From Actinomycetes bacterium (GTDB lineage: Bacteria > Actinomycetota > Acidimicrobiia > Acidimicrobiales > RAAP-2): 64,000 nucleotides of DNA. Shown here piece after piece: positions 1-10,137 of this stretch (its first letter is position 1; every line of letters starts with the position of its first letter). The notes under the pieces were generated by a model, which was not told where the DNA came from, did not search any database, and saw only the letters and a program-made list of their open reading frames with translations. The DNA is taken from assembly GCA_021781335.1 (NCBI GenBank), contig JAJXXA010000036.1:1246-65245 (forward strand), read 5' to 3'. The position numbers and the translations under genes were made by a program.

Positions 1-627
1 AGTCTCTTGATCTGTGCGGTGCCGTTGTTGTCGGTCGCCATCCAACGTCTTCGTCGAATCAAAGAGCACGTCAGCCTTCGTCGCTATACGGGACTCGGCA
101 TCGGCGCGATCGGCGTGGCCTTCCTCGTCGGACTCGACACCCGAGGGGGCTCGCTGACGTGGATCGCCATGATGTTGATTGTCTGTATTGGCTACACGCT
201 CGGCCCGATCATCTTGGCCACCAAACTGGCCCACGTCCCAGGTCCGGTCATCGTGGCGGGCGCGACCGCGTTCGTAGCCCTGTGCTGGGTGCCGTGGTCG
301 ATTGCCCATTGGCCCACGAGCGCATCGTACGAGACCGTGGCCAGCATCGCGGTGCTTTCGATCGTCTGTACCGCGGGCGCATTTCTCACCTTCTTCGAAC
401 TCGTGAAGGAGGTTGGCTCCACCAAATCGGTGGTGGTGACCTACGTCAACACGGCGCTCGCGGTGGTGCTCGGCGTGGTGGGCCTCAACGAACCACTCAC
501 CATTGGCATCATTGTCGGATTCCCGTTGGTACTCATTGGCTCGATCTTCGCCACCAGTGGTGAGGTGAGAAGCGAACCGCTAGAGGCTGTAGTGGGCAGC
601 GACACGGACATCGTCGCCAACGACTAA
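1..627 (+). CDS. DMT/EamA family transporter (5' part outside window)
   Basis: Multiple hydrophobic helices with EamA-like C-terminal motifs (VGSTKSVVVTYVNTALAVVLG..LNEPLT). Confidence 0.85.
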   Translation, partial: SLLICAVPLLSVAIQRLRRIKEHVSLRRYTGLGIGAIGVAFLVGLDTRGGSLTWIAMMLIVCIGYTLGPIILATKLAHVPGPVIVAGATAFVALCWVPWSIAHWPTSASYETVASIAVLSIVCTAGAFLTFFELVKEVGSTKSVVVTYVNTALAVVLGVVGLNEPLTIGIIVGFPLVLIGSIFATSGEVRSEPLEAVVGSDTDIVAND

Positions 628-1284
628 CCACAAGGCTCCTGGCGCGCTCGCCACGCGCACGTCGTTGCCACCTTCTATCGGTCCGTGATGGATCACCTCC
701 ACCTCGTGGACCCGCCCCGAAACCACTTCGCTCACGGCCTGCCACACTGCGGCGTTGTTGACGTGACCAACGACGTCCAGGTCAGAGCGACGAAGTGGCC
801 ACGGCGTCCACTGGGCGTCCGGGGGTGGCGACGTGAGGCTCACGCGGCCTGAGACTTTGCGACCCTGCGTCGCTTCACCGTAGACGTCAAAGAACGACGA
901 ACGCACCCGCACCGGATGACCCATGGGATCGATCGGGACCCACAAGGCGACGCTCTGGACCAAGAGTTCATTGTTCACGTAGAGATCGGTTCGTCGCTCG
1001 GCCCACGCAGCACCCACCCCGCCGCACCACGTCGTCAATGCAATCTTGTCCTTCAATACCGGCCAGCGTCCACCTGCGACGCCGCGCAGTGCCGTACGGC
1101 GCACCACCCACGTGTCGTCTGAGACAATGCCGGTGTCATCCCAGTCATCAGTAGCGACGTCTTGTAAGAATCTCGCGATACCGTCGAGGCGCACGAGAGC
1201 ATCGGGACCGGTATCGCTTAGTCGCACCGGCACTTCCAACGTGAACGTGCGCCCTCTATCGGGGATGGGGACATACTCGGTCAC
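580..1284 (-). CDS. Acyl-ACP thioesterase (double hot-dog fold)
   Basis: VRLSDTG..RLDGIARFLQDVA and SDLDVVGHVNNA motifs. Start moved to GTG 1284, 6 nt after a TAACTT -10. Confidence 0.85.
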   Translation of the reverse strand: MTEYVPIPDRGRTFTLEVPVRLSDTGPDALVRLDGIARFLQDVATDDWDDTGIVSDDTWVVRRTALRGVAGGRWPVLKDKIALTTWCGGVGAAWAERRTDLYVNNELLVQSVALWVPIDPMGHPVRVRSSFFDVYGEATQGRKVSGRVSLTSPPPDAQWTPWPLRRSDLDVVGHVNNAAVWQAVSEVVSGRVHEVEVIHHGPIEGGNDVRVASAPGALWLVVGDDVRVAAHYSL

Positions 1285-1313
1285 CACTTCAAGTTACCCG
1301 AGCTCGAACGCCC

Positions 1314-3788
1314 TTAACGAAGCTGCGCGCCCAACGCCGCGGCACGCGCGATCAGACGCTCGCGCTCCGCGTTCACCTCGGACTCACTGAGAGTGCGTTC
1401 CATTGAACTGAGGCGGATGGAATACGCCAGACTTCTCGTTCCCTCCGGCAAGTTCTCACCTTCATAGACATCAAAGAGCTTCACGCTCTCGATCAGCTCA
1501 CTGAGTGAACCAAGTTCGTACGCCAAGTCGAGCGCGTGCACGGTCCTCGGCGTCACCAGGGCGAGGTCAAAGACTGCACTCGGGAACCGACTCGGCACGT
1601 CAGCCAGTTCGCTCTTGCGCACTGCGAGCGCTGGATCCGATAGGACATCGAAATCGAGATCGAGTACACCCACACGCCGTCCTCTAAGTGAGGGTGACAC
1701 GTTCTCAACGAGTGCACTGTCGACTTCGCCGACATAGCCAATCACGGCACCCGACACGCGATCGACTATCGCACCGGTTCGAGTCGGGTGCATACCCGCT
1801 GGCTCGTCGGACACGCTCCTCACCACGACATCTTGAAGACCAAGCCTTTCAGCGAGCACCGTCCAGAACGCTACGGCGACACGTGCGTCATCCTCGGGGC
1901 GTCCAAAGATGACCGTCACCCGCTCCTTCTCGTGGGGAAGTTCGAGCGTCACGCGGCCGCCCGCGCCGCCCTTGGTGACGCGAGCCTGCGCGCTCGAGAG
2001 GGGATGAGTGAAGACCGTGCCGATCTCGCCGAGCACCACGTCGCCGACACCGCGTTCGACGTTACGACTCCATGCCGTCACCAGTCCGGTGAGCATGGTG
2101 GCGCGAAGGACAGACTCGTCCGAGGCCAGTGGATTGGTGATGCGAACGCGTTCGAGCTCGGCGTGCAGGAGCTCGAAATCCTCGTCACTCACCAACGTCG
2201 GCGTCCACGCCTCGATGACACCGAGGTCCACGATGATGTCTCGCACACGACGCCGTAGCTTCTGGCGGGCGGTGAGCCCACCCGGCTCGGGCCAGGTGGG
2301 CGTACGACGAGGGAGCCGACCGTAGCCGTAAAGGCGCGCAATCTCCTCGATGACATCAGCTCGACCCGCGGCACCGCTTCGTACGTCCAGTCGAGCACTC
2401 GGGGGTGTGACGACGAGGCTCGATTGCTCTCGTCGAACGCTGAAACCAAGACCATCGAGGATTGACGTCACGTCGTTATCCGAAAGTTCCACACCTAAGG
2501 TCTTCGCGATATCGCCGTCTCGCAGCTCCACGGTGGGCGGCGTGGGCACCACCCCGCGCACATCCAACGGATTCGAAAGCCACTCGAGTTCGGGGACGCT
2601 CTCTTTCAAGAGTTCGACGAATCGAGCCGCGGCGCGCAGTGCGAGCTCGGGATCGACACCTCTCTCGAAACGATTCGACGCCTCGCTCCTCAGACCGTGC
2701 CGTTTAGAGCTGCGCGCGATCGACATCGGATCGAAGTACGCCGCTTCGAGCAGGACCTCGGTCGTGGAGGCGCTTATCTCGCTCGACGCGCCACCCATGA
2801 TGCCGGCGAGCCCTAGAACACGGTCGTCGCCATCGACAATGACGCAGTCTTCGCCCGTGTCCCCAAGACCACGTCCCGCCATGGCGAGAGGCCTGATGAC
2901 GCCGTCGAGGGTCTCTAGATTCTCCCCCGTTCGCGCGCGTCGCGCGCGCAGCGTGCGCTGCGAGACGTGCTGGGCATCGTAGGGGTGGGTGGGCTGACCA
3001 AGTTCGAGCATCACATAGTTCGAGGCGTCAACGACGTTCGAGATAGGTCGCATGCCAGCCGCTTGCAGGCGCTGGGCAATCCACGCGGGTGACGGCCCCA
3101 CGTGCACTTTTTGTAGCACCGACACGGTGAAGCGCCCACAAAGGTCGGGCGCGTCGATTGCTACCGCCGCGACCGTCGCGCTCTCGCTGGCGCTCGTCGG
3201 CACCGCGAGAGCCGGTTCCTTCAAGCTGCGAGCGAAGCGTGTTGCGAGGTCGCGTGCCACTCCCTGGACGGACCACGCGTCGGGTCGATTTCCTTCTACC
3301 GAGATGTCAAACACGACGTCGGGCGTCAATGAAAGAGCTTCGAGAAGCCCTTCGCCGACCTTTGGAGTTATGAGGTCGTCGAGAATCATCAATCCCTGGT
3401 GGTCGTCGTCGAGACCTAATTCGCGTGACGAACACAACATGCCGTGCGAAGTGACACCTCGCATCTTGCGTTCGCCGATCGCAAAGCCGCCCGGCAAGAC
3501 CGCCCCGACGGGTGCCAGAGGCACGTAGTTGCCGAGTTCGAAATTGGTCGCCCCACAGACGATCTCCAATGGCCCCTCACCCGCGTCTACGACCACCAGG
3601 CGCACGCGGTCCGCGCCTTCGATGGCACGAATCTCGTCGACGCGCGCGACCACGACGTCCTCGAGCCCCTCACCCACATACTCAATGCCTTCAACCACGA
3701 GGCCGAGGTCGTCGAGGGTCTCGCGCAGTTCCTCCACCGATTCGTTGAGTTCAACGAAGTCGCGCAACCAACTCAAGGGAATCTTCAT
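1314..3788 (-). CDS. pheT: Phenylalanine--tRNA ligase beta subunit
   Basis: MKIPLSWLRDFV start, IVCGATN, SHGMLCS, RFERGVD, C-terminal FDX-ACB domain. ATGA overlap with pheS. Confidence 0.98.
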   Translation of the reverse strand: MKIPLSWLRDFVELNESVEELRETLDDLGLVVEGIEYVGEGLEDVVVARVDEIRAIEGADRVRLVVVDAGEGPLEIVCGATNFELGNYVPLAPVGAVLPGGFAIGERKMRGVTSHGMLCSSRELGLDDDHQGLMILDDLITPKVGEGLLEALSLTPDVVFDISVEGNRPDAWSVQGVARDLATRFARSLKEPALAVPTSASESATVAAVAIDAPDLCGRFTVSVLQKVHVGPSPAWIAQRLQAAGMRPISNVVDASNYVMLELGQPTHPYDAQHVSQRTLRARRARTGENLETLDGVIRPLAMAGRGLGDTGEDCVIVDGDDRVLGLAGIMGGASSEISASTTEVLLEAAYFDPMSIARSSKRHGLRSEASNRFERGVDPELALRAAARFVELLKESVPELEWLSNPLDVRGVVPTPPTVELRDGDIAKTLGVELSDNDVTSILDGLGFSVRREQSSLVVTPPSARLDVRSGAAGRADVIEEIARLYGYGRLPRRTPTWPEPGGLTARQKLRRRVRDIIVDLGVIEAWTPTLVSDEDFELLHAELERVRITNPLASDESVLRATMLTGLVTAWSRNVERGVGDVVLGEIGTVFTHPLSSAQARVTKGGAGGRVTLELPHEKERVTVIFGRPEDDARVAVAFWTVLAERLGLQDVVVRSVSDEPAGMHPTRTGAIVDRVSGAVIGYVGEVDSALVENVSPSLRGRRVGVLDLDFDVLSDPALAVRKSELADVPSRFPSAVFDLALVTPRTVHALDLAYELGSLSELIESVKLFDVYEGENLPEGTRSLAYSIRLSSMERTLSESEVNAERERLIARAAALGAQLR

Positions 3789-4858
3789 GAGAACTGCTCC
3801 AAAAAGCGCACGTCGTTCTCGATGAGCGCACGCATGTCGGCAATCTGATGGCGCATCTGCGCGCATCGGTCAATGCCAAATCCGAAAGCGAAACCGCTCC
3901 ACTCGTCACCGTCAATGCCGACCGCGCTGAGGACCGCGGGGTCGAGGACCCCACAGCCTCCGAGCTCAATCCACCCGGTATGTGAACACGTTCGACACCC
4001 TTCGCCGCGGCAAATCGTGCAGGTGACCTCGAATTCGGCTGACGGCTCGGTGAAGGGGAAATACGCCGGGCGCAAGCGCGACGAGATGTCGGTGCCGAAA
4101 TAGGCCTGCGTAAATGTCTCGATGACTCCAGCGAGATCGGCGAACGTGATGCCCCTGTCCACAACCAAACCCTCGATCTGGTGGAAGGTGGCCAAGTGGC
4201 GAGCGTCGGGGGTATCACGTCGAAAGCAGCGTCCAGGCATCACCGAATGAATGGGCAACGAAGAGGTTGCGACCGCACTCTCCATGAGATGGATCTGGGT
4301 CGGCGAAGTATGGGTTCGAAGGACTACCGTTTCCGGTTCACCCAACTCGACATAGAACGTGTCCCACATGCCGCGCGCGGGGTGCGCCGGGGGAATGTTG
4401 AGCGCTTCGAAGTTGTACCAATCGCTTTCGACCTCGGGGCCGTCCGAGACCGTGAAGCCCATGGCGACAAACACGTCTTCGAGCTCACGCTGAGTAGACG
4501 CCACCAAACTGGCGTGACCGGTGGTCGCGGGCCAGCGCACCGAGGACACCACGACGTCGCCCAAGTCGAGCCGGTCCTTTTCGAGTTGAGTGCGCCGAGC
4601 GAGTTCTGCGAGGTGGGCACGTCGGCGAGAGAGGGCGTCTTCAACGTTGCGACGGGCTTCTTGGAGTTGAGCACCGGCGTCTCGACGCGCATCGGGCTCA
4701 AGGCCACCGAGCGACTTTTGCATCGTTGACAACACCGAGCGCTTGCCAATGATGAACGGCTCGGCCTCGACGAGGGCGTCGATCGAGTCCAAAGACTCGA
4801 TCCGAGCGAGCAATTGAGCAGTCTCCTCGTGCAGGTTTTCGAGAGGTGAGGTGGTCAT
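3785..4858 (-). CDS. pheS: Phenylalanine--tRNA ligase alpha subunit
   Basis: HPARGMWDTFY, LRTHTSP, FHQIEGL, YFPFTEPSAE, GFAFGFGIDR. Confidence 0.98.
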   Translation of the reverse strand: MTTSPLENLHEETAQLLARIESLDSIDALVEAEPFIIGKRSVLSTMQKSLGGLEPDARRDAGAQLQEARRNVEDALSRRRAHLAELARRTQLEKDRLDLGDVVVSSVRWPATTGHASLVASTQRELEDVFVAMGFTVSDGPEVESDWYNFEALNIPPAHPARGMWDTFYVELGEPETVVLRTHTSPTQIHLMESAVATSSLPIHSVMPGRCFRRDTPDARHLATFHQIEGLVVDRGITFADLAGVIETFTQAYFGTDISSRLRPAYFPFTEPSAEFEVTCTICRGEGCRTCSHTGWIELGGCGVLDPAVLSAVGIDGDEWSGFAFGFGIDRCAQMRHQIADMRALIENDVRFLEQFS

Positions 4859-5673
4859 AACTCTTCAAGGCTACGAGGTGCGCGGCCCTCGGAGGCGTCT
4901 TCACGCTGGTAGAGGGCCTCGAAGCACACGAGCGAGGCGGCGACACCCGCGTTGAGCGATTCACTGCGTCCCGCCATCGGGATCGTGATGGTGGCGTCAC
5001 ACATCGCGACGGCCTGCTCATCCAGTCCCGACGCCTCGTTGCCTATCAGCACGACCGTTGGCTGATTGAGATTGACACGTCGAAAGCTCTCATCACCTTT
5101 GACAACAGTGGCGAGCACGCGCGCACCCCGCGAGCGAAAGTACTCGATGCACTCCTCCAGCGCAGCAACTGCGAGAGGCACGTTGAAGATTGACCCGGCC
5201 GTGGCGCGCAATGTCTTTGGGTTGAACGGATCGACAGACTGACCCGTGAGGACCACCGCGCTCACGGCGGCGGCGTCCGCTGAACGAATGATCGTGCCGA
5301 CGTTGCCGGGATCTCTGACATCGTGCAGCACCATTACGAGACCGTCAGCGGTCAATGTCGAAAGGTCGTGTTGGGGTACCCGCACGGCCGCCAGGATCGG
5401 CTGAGGTGTCTGGGCGTCGGCGATCTTGTCGATCACGCCGTCACGAAGACGAAAGACCCTTACTCCACTTCGCTGGGCGCGTTCGAGTACCTCGGCGATC
5501 TCCGTTGAGTGAGCGCGCTCGTCAACGTAGATCGCTTCGAATTCTTGACCAACAGCCAACGCCGCGTTGATCAGGTCCGGCCCCTCGAGGACACAGACTC
5601 CCTCACTCCAGCGCAGCGAGCGCTTCTGGACGAGGCGCCGAAGTCGACGCACTCGCTGGTGTGACGATCCCAA
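4855..5673 (-). CDS. TrmH/SpoU family RNA methyltransferase
   Basis: VRDPGNVGTIIRSADA, IGNEASGL, ESLNAGVA SPOUT motifs. Usual position between rplT and pheS. Confidence 0.93.
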   Translation of the reverse strand: MGSSHQRVRRLRRLVQKRSLRWSEGVCVLEGPDLINAALAVGQEFEAIYVDERAHSTEIAEVLERAQRSGVRVFRLRDGVIDKIADAQTPQPILAAVRVPQHDLSTLTADGLVMVLHDVRDPGNVGTIIRSADAAAVSAVVLTGQSVDPFNPKTLRATAGSIFNVPLAVAALEECIEYFRSRGARVLATVVKGDESFRRVNLNQPTVVLIGNEASGLDEQAVAMCDATITIPMAGRSESLNAGVAASLVCFEALYQREDASEGRAPRSLEEL

Positions 5674-5691
5674 CGCCTCGATCAGAAGTCC

Positions 5692-6051
5692 CTACTTCGT
5701 CAGTGCGGCGCTGGCTTGGGCGACAATCGCGGAAAAAGCGGCGTTGTCATTCACGGCCAGGTCGGCAAGCATGCGACGGTCAACTTCAATACCCGCGGCG
5801 TTAAGACCCGCTATGAAGCGACTGTAACTCAGACCGTGAGCGCGAGTTCCCGCGTTAATACGCTGGATCCAGAGTCGACGCATGTCGCCCTTGCGCGCGC
5901 GGCGGTCACGAAAGGCGTAGACGCCCGCGTGCTGAACGGCTTGGTTGGCAGCTCGAAAAGTGCGACTGCGATCTCCGTAGTAACCCTTTGCCTCTTCGAG
6001 AATCGCCTTGTGGTGCTTCTTTGCGTTTACAGCTCTTTTAACTCGTGCCAT
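5692..6051 (-). CDS. rplT: 50S ribosomal protein L20
   Basis: [37 protein letters not shown]. Confidence 0.99.
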   Translation of the reverse strand: MARVKRAVNAKKHHKAILEEAKGYYGDRSRTFRAANQAVQHAGVYAFRDRRARKGDMRRLWIQRINAGTRAHGLSYSRFIAGLNAAGIEVDRRMLADLAVNDNAAFSAIVAQASAALTK

Positions 6052-6078
6052 GTCAGTTCCTCTTCTCTATCTCGTTCT

Positions 6079-6273
6079 CTACAGACCCATCAACTTCTTG
6101 ATGTTCTTCTCGATGCCAGGGGCGATATCAGTTTCGCGACCGAGCCTGCGAGCGCGAACCGAAGACTTCTTCTCCATGATGTGACCACGGAACGCCTTTC
6201 GTCGGCGCAACTTGCCGCTACCAGTGATCTTGATGCGCTTCTTCGCGCCACTGTCTGTTTTCATCTTGGGCAT
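6079..6273 (-). CDS. rpmI: 50S ribosomal protein L35
   Basis: MPKMKTDSGAKKRIKITGSGK. Between infC and rplT. Confidence 0.98.
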   Translation of the reverse strand: MPKMKTDSGAKKRIKITGSGKLRRRKAFRGHIMEKKSSVRARRLGRETDIAPGIEKNIKKLMGL

Positions 6274-6274
6274 T

Positions 6275-6886
6275 TCAACTCTCCTCTAGCGATACTTCAG
6301 CCGACACACTCGGCACGACTTCTCCAACGGGTACTTCTTTCGATGCTTCGACAACCTTGGGCTTGGCCTTCTTCTCAGGTCCCAGCACCATGATCATGTT
6401 GCGGCCATCGAGCTTCGCGGCCGACTCCACCTTGGCAATATCAGTCAGTTTTTCGACGATGCGGTCGAGAATCTTCTTACCAAGCTCTGGGTGCGCAGAT
6501 TCTCGACCTCGAAACATGATGGTGACTTTCACCTTGTGACCTTCGTTCAAGAACTTCTCGACGAGGCGTGTCTTGGTATCGAAGTCACCGGGACCAATCT
6601 TGGGCCGGTACTTCATCTCCTTCACGCCGACGTTTTGAGTCTTGCGGCGCGACTCCTTGGCCTTTTGGGCCTCGTCGAACTTGAACTTTCCGTAGTCCAT
6701 GATCCGACACACCGGCGGCTGCGCGGTAGGTGCGATCTCAACGAGATCAAGATCAAGACTTCGGGCCAACGCCAATGCTTCGCGAGTCGCGACGACGCCG
6801 CGCTGATTGCCCTCATTGTCAATCAAACGAACGGTATCCACACGAATGCGCTCATTGACGCGGTGGTCTCCAGGCACTGTTGCGAT
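6275..6886 (-). CDS. infC: Translation initiation factor IF-3 (probable ATC start)
   Basis: RVNERIR..PPVCRIMDYGKFKF..KVKVTIMFRGRE. AAGGAG SD (6898-6893) lies 6 nt before in-frame ATC at 6886. Confidence 0.97.
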   Translation of the reverse strand: MATVPGDHRVNERIRVDTVRLIDNEGNQRGVVATREALALARSLDLDLVEIAPTAQPPVCRIMDYGKFKFDEAQKAKESRRKTQNVGVKEMKYRPKIGPGDFDTKTRLVEKFLNEGHKVKVTIMFRGRESAHPELGKKILDRIVEKLTDIAKVESAAKLDGRNMIMVLGPEKKAKPKVVEASKEVPVGEVVPSVSAEVSLEES

Positions 6887-6892
6887 AACTCA

Positions 6893-7032
6893 CTCCTTGC
6901 TCTACGCGACGCCTCGATGACGTCGCCACGGCAAGCGAGGCGCAAAACTCCTGAACCCGACGCACCCATGTGGCCAGGTGGAGGTCGACAATGTCAACCT
7001 CACTTGCTGTGAACTGCCTTCTAACGTTAGCA
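6893..7032 (-). promoter_or_regulatory. infC promoter (extended -10 TGcTAACGT) and structured 5' leader
   Basis: TGCTAACGT at 7032-7024; hairpin GAGGTTGAC-ATT-GTCGACCTC (6981-7001); stem CGCCTCG/CGAGGCG (6910-6942). Confidence 0.55.
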
Positions 7033-7201
7033 GACGTATCAAAACCGGGCGTCGTGAAGGCGTTGCGTGCGCTCCGAGCGGGTCGCTCGAACCTGGAGAG
7101 AGCGATCCTGGCGCAGCGACCACGGCCGTCGCGACGTTGCGCCTCATCGTCTCTGGCGCCCAGTCTCGCACGTGGAATGGCCGACCAAGTAATTTGGTGC
7201 C

Positions 7202-7498
7202 ATGACTGACGAAAATCCCAGCGCAAGCGAATCCGAAGAAATCGCCTATTTCCGCGATACACCAGTGGAAACCGTGCTGGGTAATCACATTTTCGTCCTC
7301 CTGCAGGTTGCTGCGGTGCACTTGGCCCAGTCGCCCCCGAGGCTAGAGAGCGCACAGCTCGTCATCGACACCTTGAGTGCCATGTTGAGTGCCGGTGGCG
7401 AACGCTTGGGAGAGCACGTGGCGCTCTATCGAAACGCGCTCGCGGAGGTCCAGCAGGTCTTCGTGCGCGCCGCTGCTCTCGCCAACGAGAAGAGTTAG
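7202..7498 (+). CDS. DUF1844-like small protein
   Basis: LLQVAAVHL..AQLVIDTL..LRNALAEVQQVFV-type pattern. Divergent from infC, as usual in actinobacteria. Confidence 0.7.
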   Translation: MTDENPSASESEEIAYFRDTPVETVLGNHIFVLLQVAAVHLAQSPPRLESAQLVIDTLSAMLSAGGERLGEHVALYRNALAEVQQVFVRAAALANEKS

Positions 7499-8844
7499 TG
7501 CGGGCTTGGAAATTGAAAGGTCAGTCGCAGCCCACCGAGCGGGCTCGAAGAAGTGACCATTGTGCCGCCGAGGACCTCGCTCAAATCGGCCATGATGCTC
7601 ATGCCAAGTCCGGAGCCGCCGGAACTACGCGCCCTGGAGGGATCAAAGCGCATGAAACGTTGGGGCTTGATCCCATAGCGAGGTAGCCCGGGTCCGCCGT
7701 CCTCGATGATGAGTTCGAGTGCGTCGCCCTCACGCGACAGACTGACGCGCACCGGAGCTGTTTCGGGCGTATGGCGCGTGATGTTGCCCAACGCATTCAA
7801 AATTATTCTCTCGGCGAAGTCGCGCCGCCCACGGACAAGGAGGCCATCTTCTATGAGCTCATCGACCCGTCGAAGAGGCTCATCATCTCTGAAATCTCGC
7901 ACGCCCGATGTCACGATCTCACTGAGGTTGACAATGTCCAACACATTCTGGGGTAGCTCTCGAATCTCGGCGAGAAGCAGGAGGTCGCTCACGAGTGACT
8001 CCATGCGCACGATCTCTCGGCGCATCCTTTCGAGAGACCTGGCGCGCTGGTCGGCGTCGAGCTCTTGGGTGCTCATGAGCTCGGTGTAGCCCTTGATGAC
8101 AGTTAACGGGGTGCGCAATTCGTGCGACGCATCACCGATGAAGGTTTGCATCGTCTCGAGGTGGCGCGCCTCGACTTCAATCTTTTCGTGCAGTGATGCC
8201 ACCATTGTGGCGAGAGCCCCATGGAGTTCTCGCACGTCACGACTACCCCTGCTCTCGGGAAGTTCATCGTGGGCGTCGCCCCGCGCGACATTGGACGCGT
8301 ACTCGATCAAGTCCTCCATCGTCACCAGATCACGGCGCATGAACAATCGAGCCACGATCACCATCGCGAGAGCGGCGAGCAGTGCCGCGAACAGAACGCG
8401 AAGGATCAACCTGTGTCCCGCGTCGACGATGTTCTTCGTCGAGGCTTCAATCACGAGATAGTCACCGCCACCTATATTGAGCGAACGAATACGAAAGCCC
8501 GGGAGATTAGGTACTTCAACGACCCCCGAAAGTGAGGCGTGCACGTCGGCCAAGGTGGGTTGGGACTTTGGAGCAATCAGACCTTCGTTGATGCGAGTGT
8601 TAGGCCCAGATGGATAGACCACATCCAAGGTGAAGTCGTACGCACCACTCTGCACTGCGTTGTAGACAGAACTGAGCGCGGAATTCGGATTTCCCTTGCC
8701 GGAGAGGGCCACCGCGTTGATCGCACTGTCCAGCGTTTGATAGGCGGCGTCAGTGCTCGTCGTCACCGCGTACCAACCAACCCCCAATGACACCACCATG
8801 GTGATGACTATGAGCAGTATGGTCAGCCGTGTGGCCAGCTTCAC
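7495..8844 (-). CDS. Sensor histidine kinase (2 TM, HAMP, HisKA, HATPase)
   Basis: DASHELRTPLT H-box, EDGGPG, RFDPSRARSSGGSGLGMSI. Confidence 0.95.
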   Translation of the reverse strand: MKLATRLTILLIVITMVVSLGVGWYAVTTSTDAAYQTLDSAINAVALSGKGNPNSALSSVYNAVQSGAYDFTLDVVYPSGPNTRINEGLIAPKSQPTLADVHASLSGVVEVPNLPGFRIRSLNIGGGDYLVIEASTKNIVDAGHRLILRVLFAALLAALAMVIVARLFMRRDLVTMEDLIEYASNVARGDAHDELPESRGSRDVRELHGALATMVASLHEKIEVEARHLETMQTFIGDASHELRTPLTVIKGYTELMSTQELDADQRARSLERMRREIVRMESLVSDLLLLAEIRELPQNVLDIVNLSEIVTSGVRDFRDDEPLRRVDELIEDGLLVRGRRDFAERIILNALGNITRHTPETAPVRVSLSREGDALELIIEDGGPGLPRYGIKPQRFMRFDPSRARSSGGSGLGMSIMADLSEVLGGTMVTSSSPLGGLRLTFQFPSPH

Positions 8845-9530
8845 TCGTTGGTGCCTTCGTCCACCAATTTGAATCCGACCCCACGCACGGTGCTGAGTGG
8901 TTGGAAGTCCTCACGATGAATCTTGCGGCGCAAGTACGAGACGTAGGTGTCGAGCACCGAGGTCTCGGAGTCAAAATCGATGTTCCACACCTCACGCAGG
9001 AGTTGCTCGCGGGTGACGAGCCTGTCCTTTCGATCGATCAACACCTCAAGGAGGCGAAACTCGGTCGCCGACAAATCGATCAATTCCTCACCCAAGTGGA
9101 CCTCGTGGCGATCGATGTTCATGGTCAGTCGTCCACATTCGTAGATCACGTCGCCTTGCACGTCAGGGTTCACACGACGAAGGATCGCACGCACCCTGAG
9201 CAGGAGTTCTTCGAGACTGAAGGGCTTTCGCACGTAGTCGTCCGCGCCAAAACGCAAACCCTGGGCGACGTCTTCGGTGGAGTCGCGCGCCGACAGCAGC
9301 AAGACCGGGGTGGTGGTGTCGTGCTCGCGCAATTTTGCGAGGAACTCGAAACCGTTCATATTTGGCATATTGACGTCAACGATGCACAGATCAGCCCGCT
9401 GTCGGCGCAGCACCTCGAACGCTTCATTACCGTTGGACGCAGTTTCAGTATCGAATCCCGCGATTCGAAGGGCGTCGCTCAAGAGGTCACAGACCCCCGG
9501 TTCGTCATCAACCACCAATACCGTCGTCAT
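8841..9530 (-). CDS. OmpR/PhoP-family response regulator
   Basis: VLVVDDE, DVNMP, GADDYVRKPFS, LDTYVSYLRRKI, TVRGVGF. Confidence 0.95.
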   Translation of the reverse strand: MTTVLVVDDEPGVCDLLSDALRIAGFDTETASNGNEAFEVLRRQRADLCIVDVNMPNMNGFEFLAKLREHDTTTPVLLLSARDSTEDVAQGLRFGADDYVRKPFSLEELLLRVRAILRRVNPDVQGDVIYECGRLTMNIDRHEVHLGEELIDLSATEFRLLEVLIDRKDRLVTREQLLREVWNIDFDSETSVLDTYVSYLRRKIHREDFQPLSTVRGVGFKLVDEGTNE

Positions 9531-9625
9531 TGCGGATTCACCATGGTGCGAGCGTACCCGCGCCCTTCTCATGGCGCTGTGCACCCCTATTTTTCAGGGG
9601 AGTTCACAGTTAACCTTGGCGTACA

Positions 9626-9658
9626 ACACAGGTATTTCACAGCATCTCTGTGTACGCT
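9626..9658 (+). promoter_or_regulatory. OmpR/PhoP-type direct repeat plus -10 box
   Basis: ACACAGG-N4-TCACAGC (9626-9643), then TACGCT (9653-9658). Another TCACAG at 9604. Confidence 0.5.
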
Positions 9659-9684
9659 GGAATGTGTCCATGGAAGGGGTTGGA

Positions 9685-10137
9685 ATGAGGAGGTTCGCCT
9701 CGCGGAGCGTTGGCGGGCTAGTGCTCGCGGCTTTGCTGGTGGGGCTTTCTCCAGTTGTGGCGTCTGCTTCGGATCACCGTTCCGGTAACGACTCTCATTC
9801 CTCGACCACTACGACCATCACCTTCAACGCACCCGACGAGTCCAGTTCCACGACCGATCCTTCGACGCCAAGTACCGATCGAAAGACGTGGCGTGAGGAA
9901 ATGTCGACGTACCACGAAGCACGACTGGCGATCAATCAGGCCTTCAAGAGCGCCGTCACCTCGGCGCAAGCCATCTACCAGTCAGCACGCGCACAAGCCA
10001 CCAGCATCGCCGCGCTCAGTACAGCGCGCGCAGCCTACGTCTTAGCGCTCACCCAAGCCGTTGCGGCACGCGACGCGGCGTTGGTCAACCTCGGTCGACC
10101 ACCGACGTTCAGCCACTCGCGATCGTCTCAACGCTAA
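9685..10137 (+). CDS. Secreted hypothetical protein (signal peptide, Ser/Thr linker, Ala-rich helical domain)
   Basis: MRRFASRSVGGLVLAALLVGLSPVVASA signal peptide. Start could be up to 21 nt earlier. Confidence 0.7.
   Translation: MRRFASRSVGGLVLAALLVGLSPVVASASDHRSGNDSHSSTTTTITFNAPDESSSTTDPSTPSTDRKTWREEMSTYHEARLAINQAFKSAVTSAQAIYQSARAQATSIAALSTARAAYVLALTQAVAARDAALVNLGRPPTFSHSRSSQR

Noticed and set aside
580-627. 48-bp convergent overlap of the DMT and thioesterase genes
   Set aside because: Short 3' overlaps are common here and imply no function.
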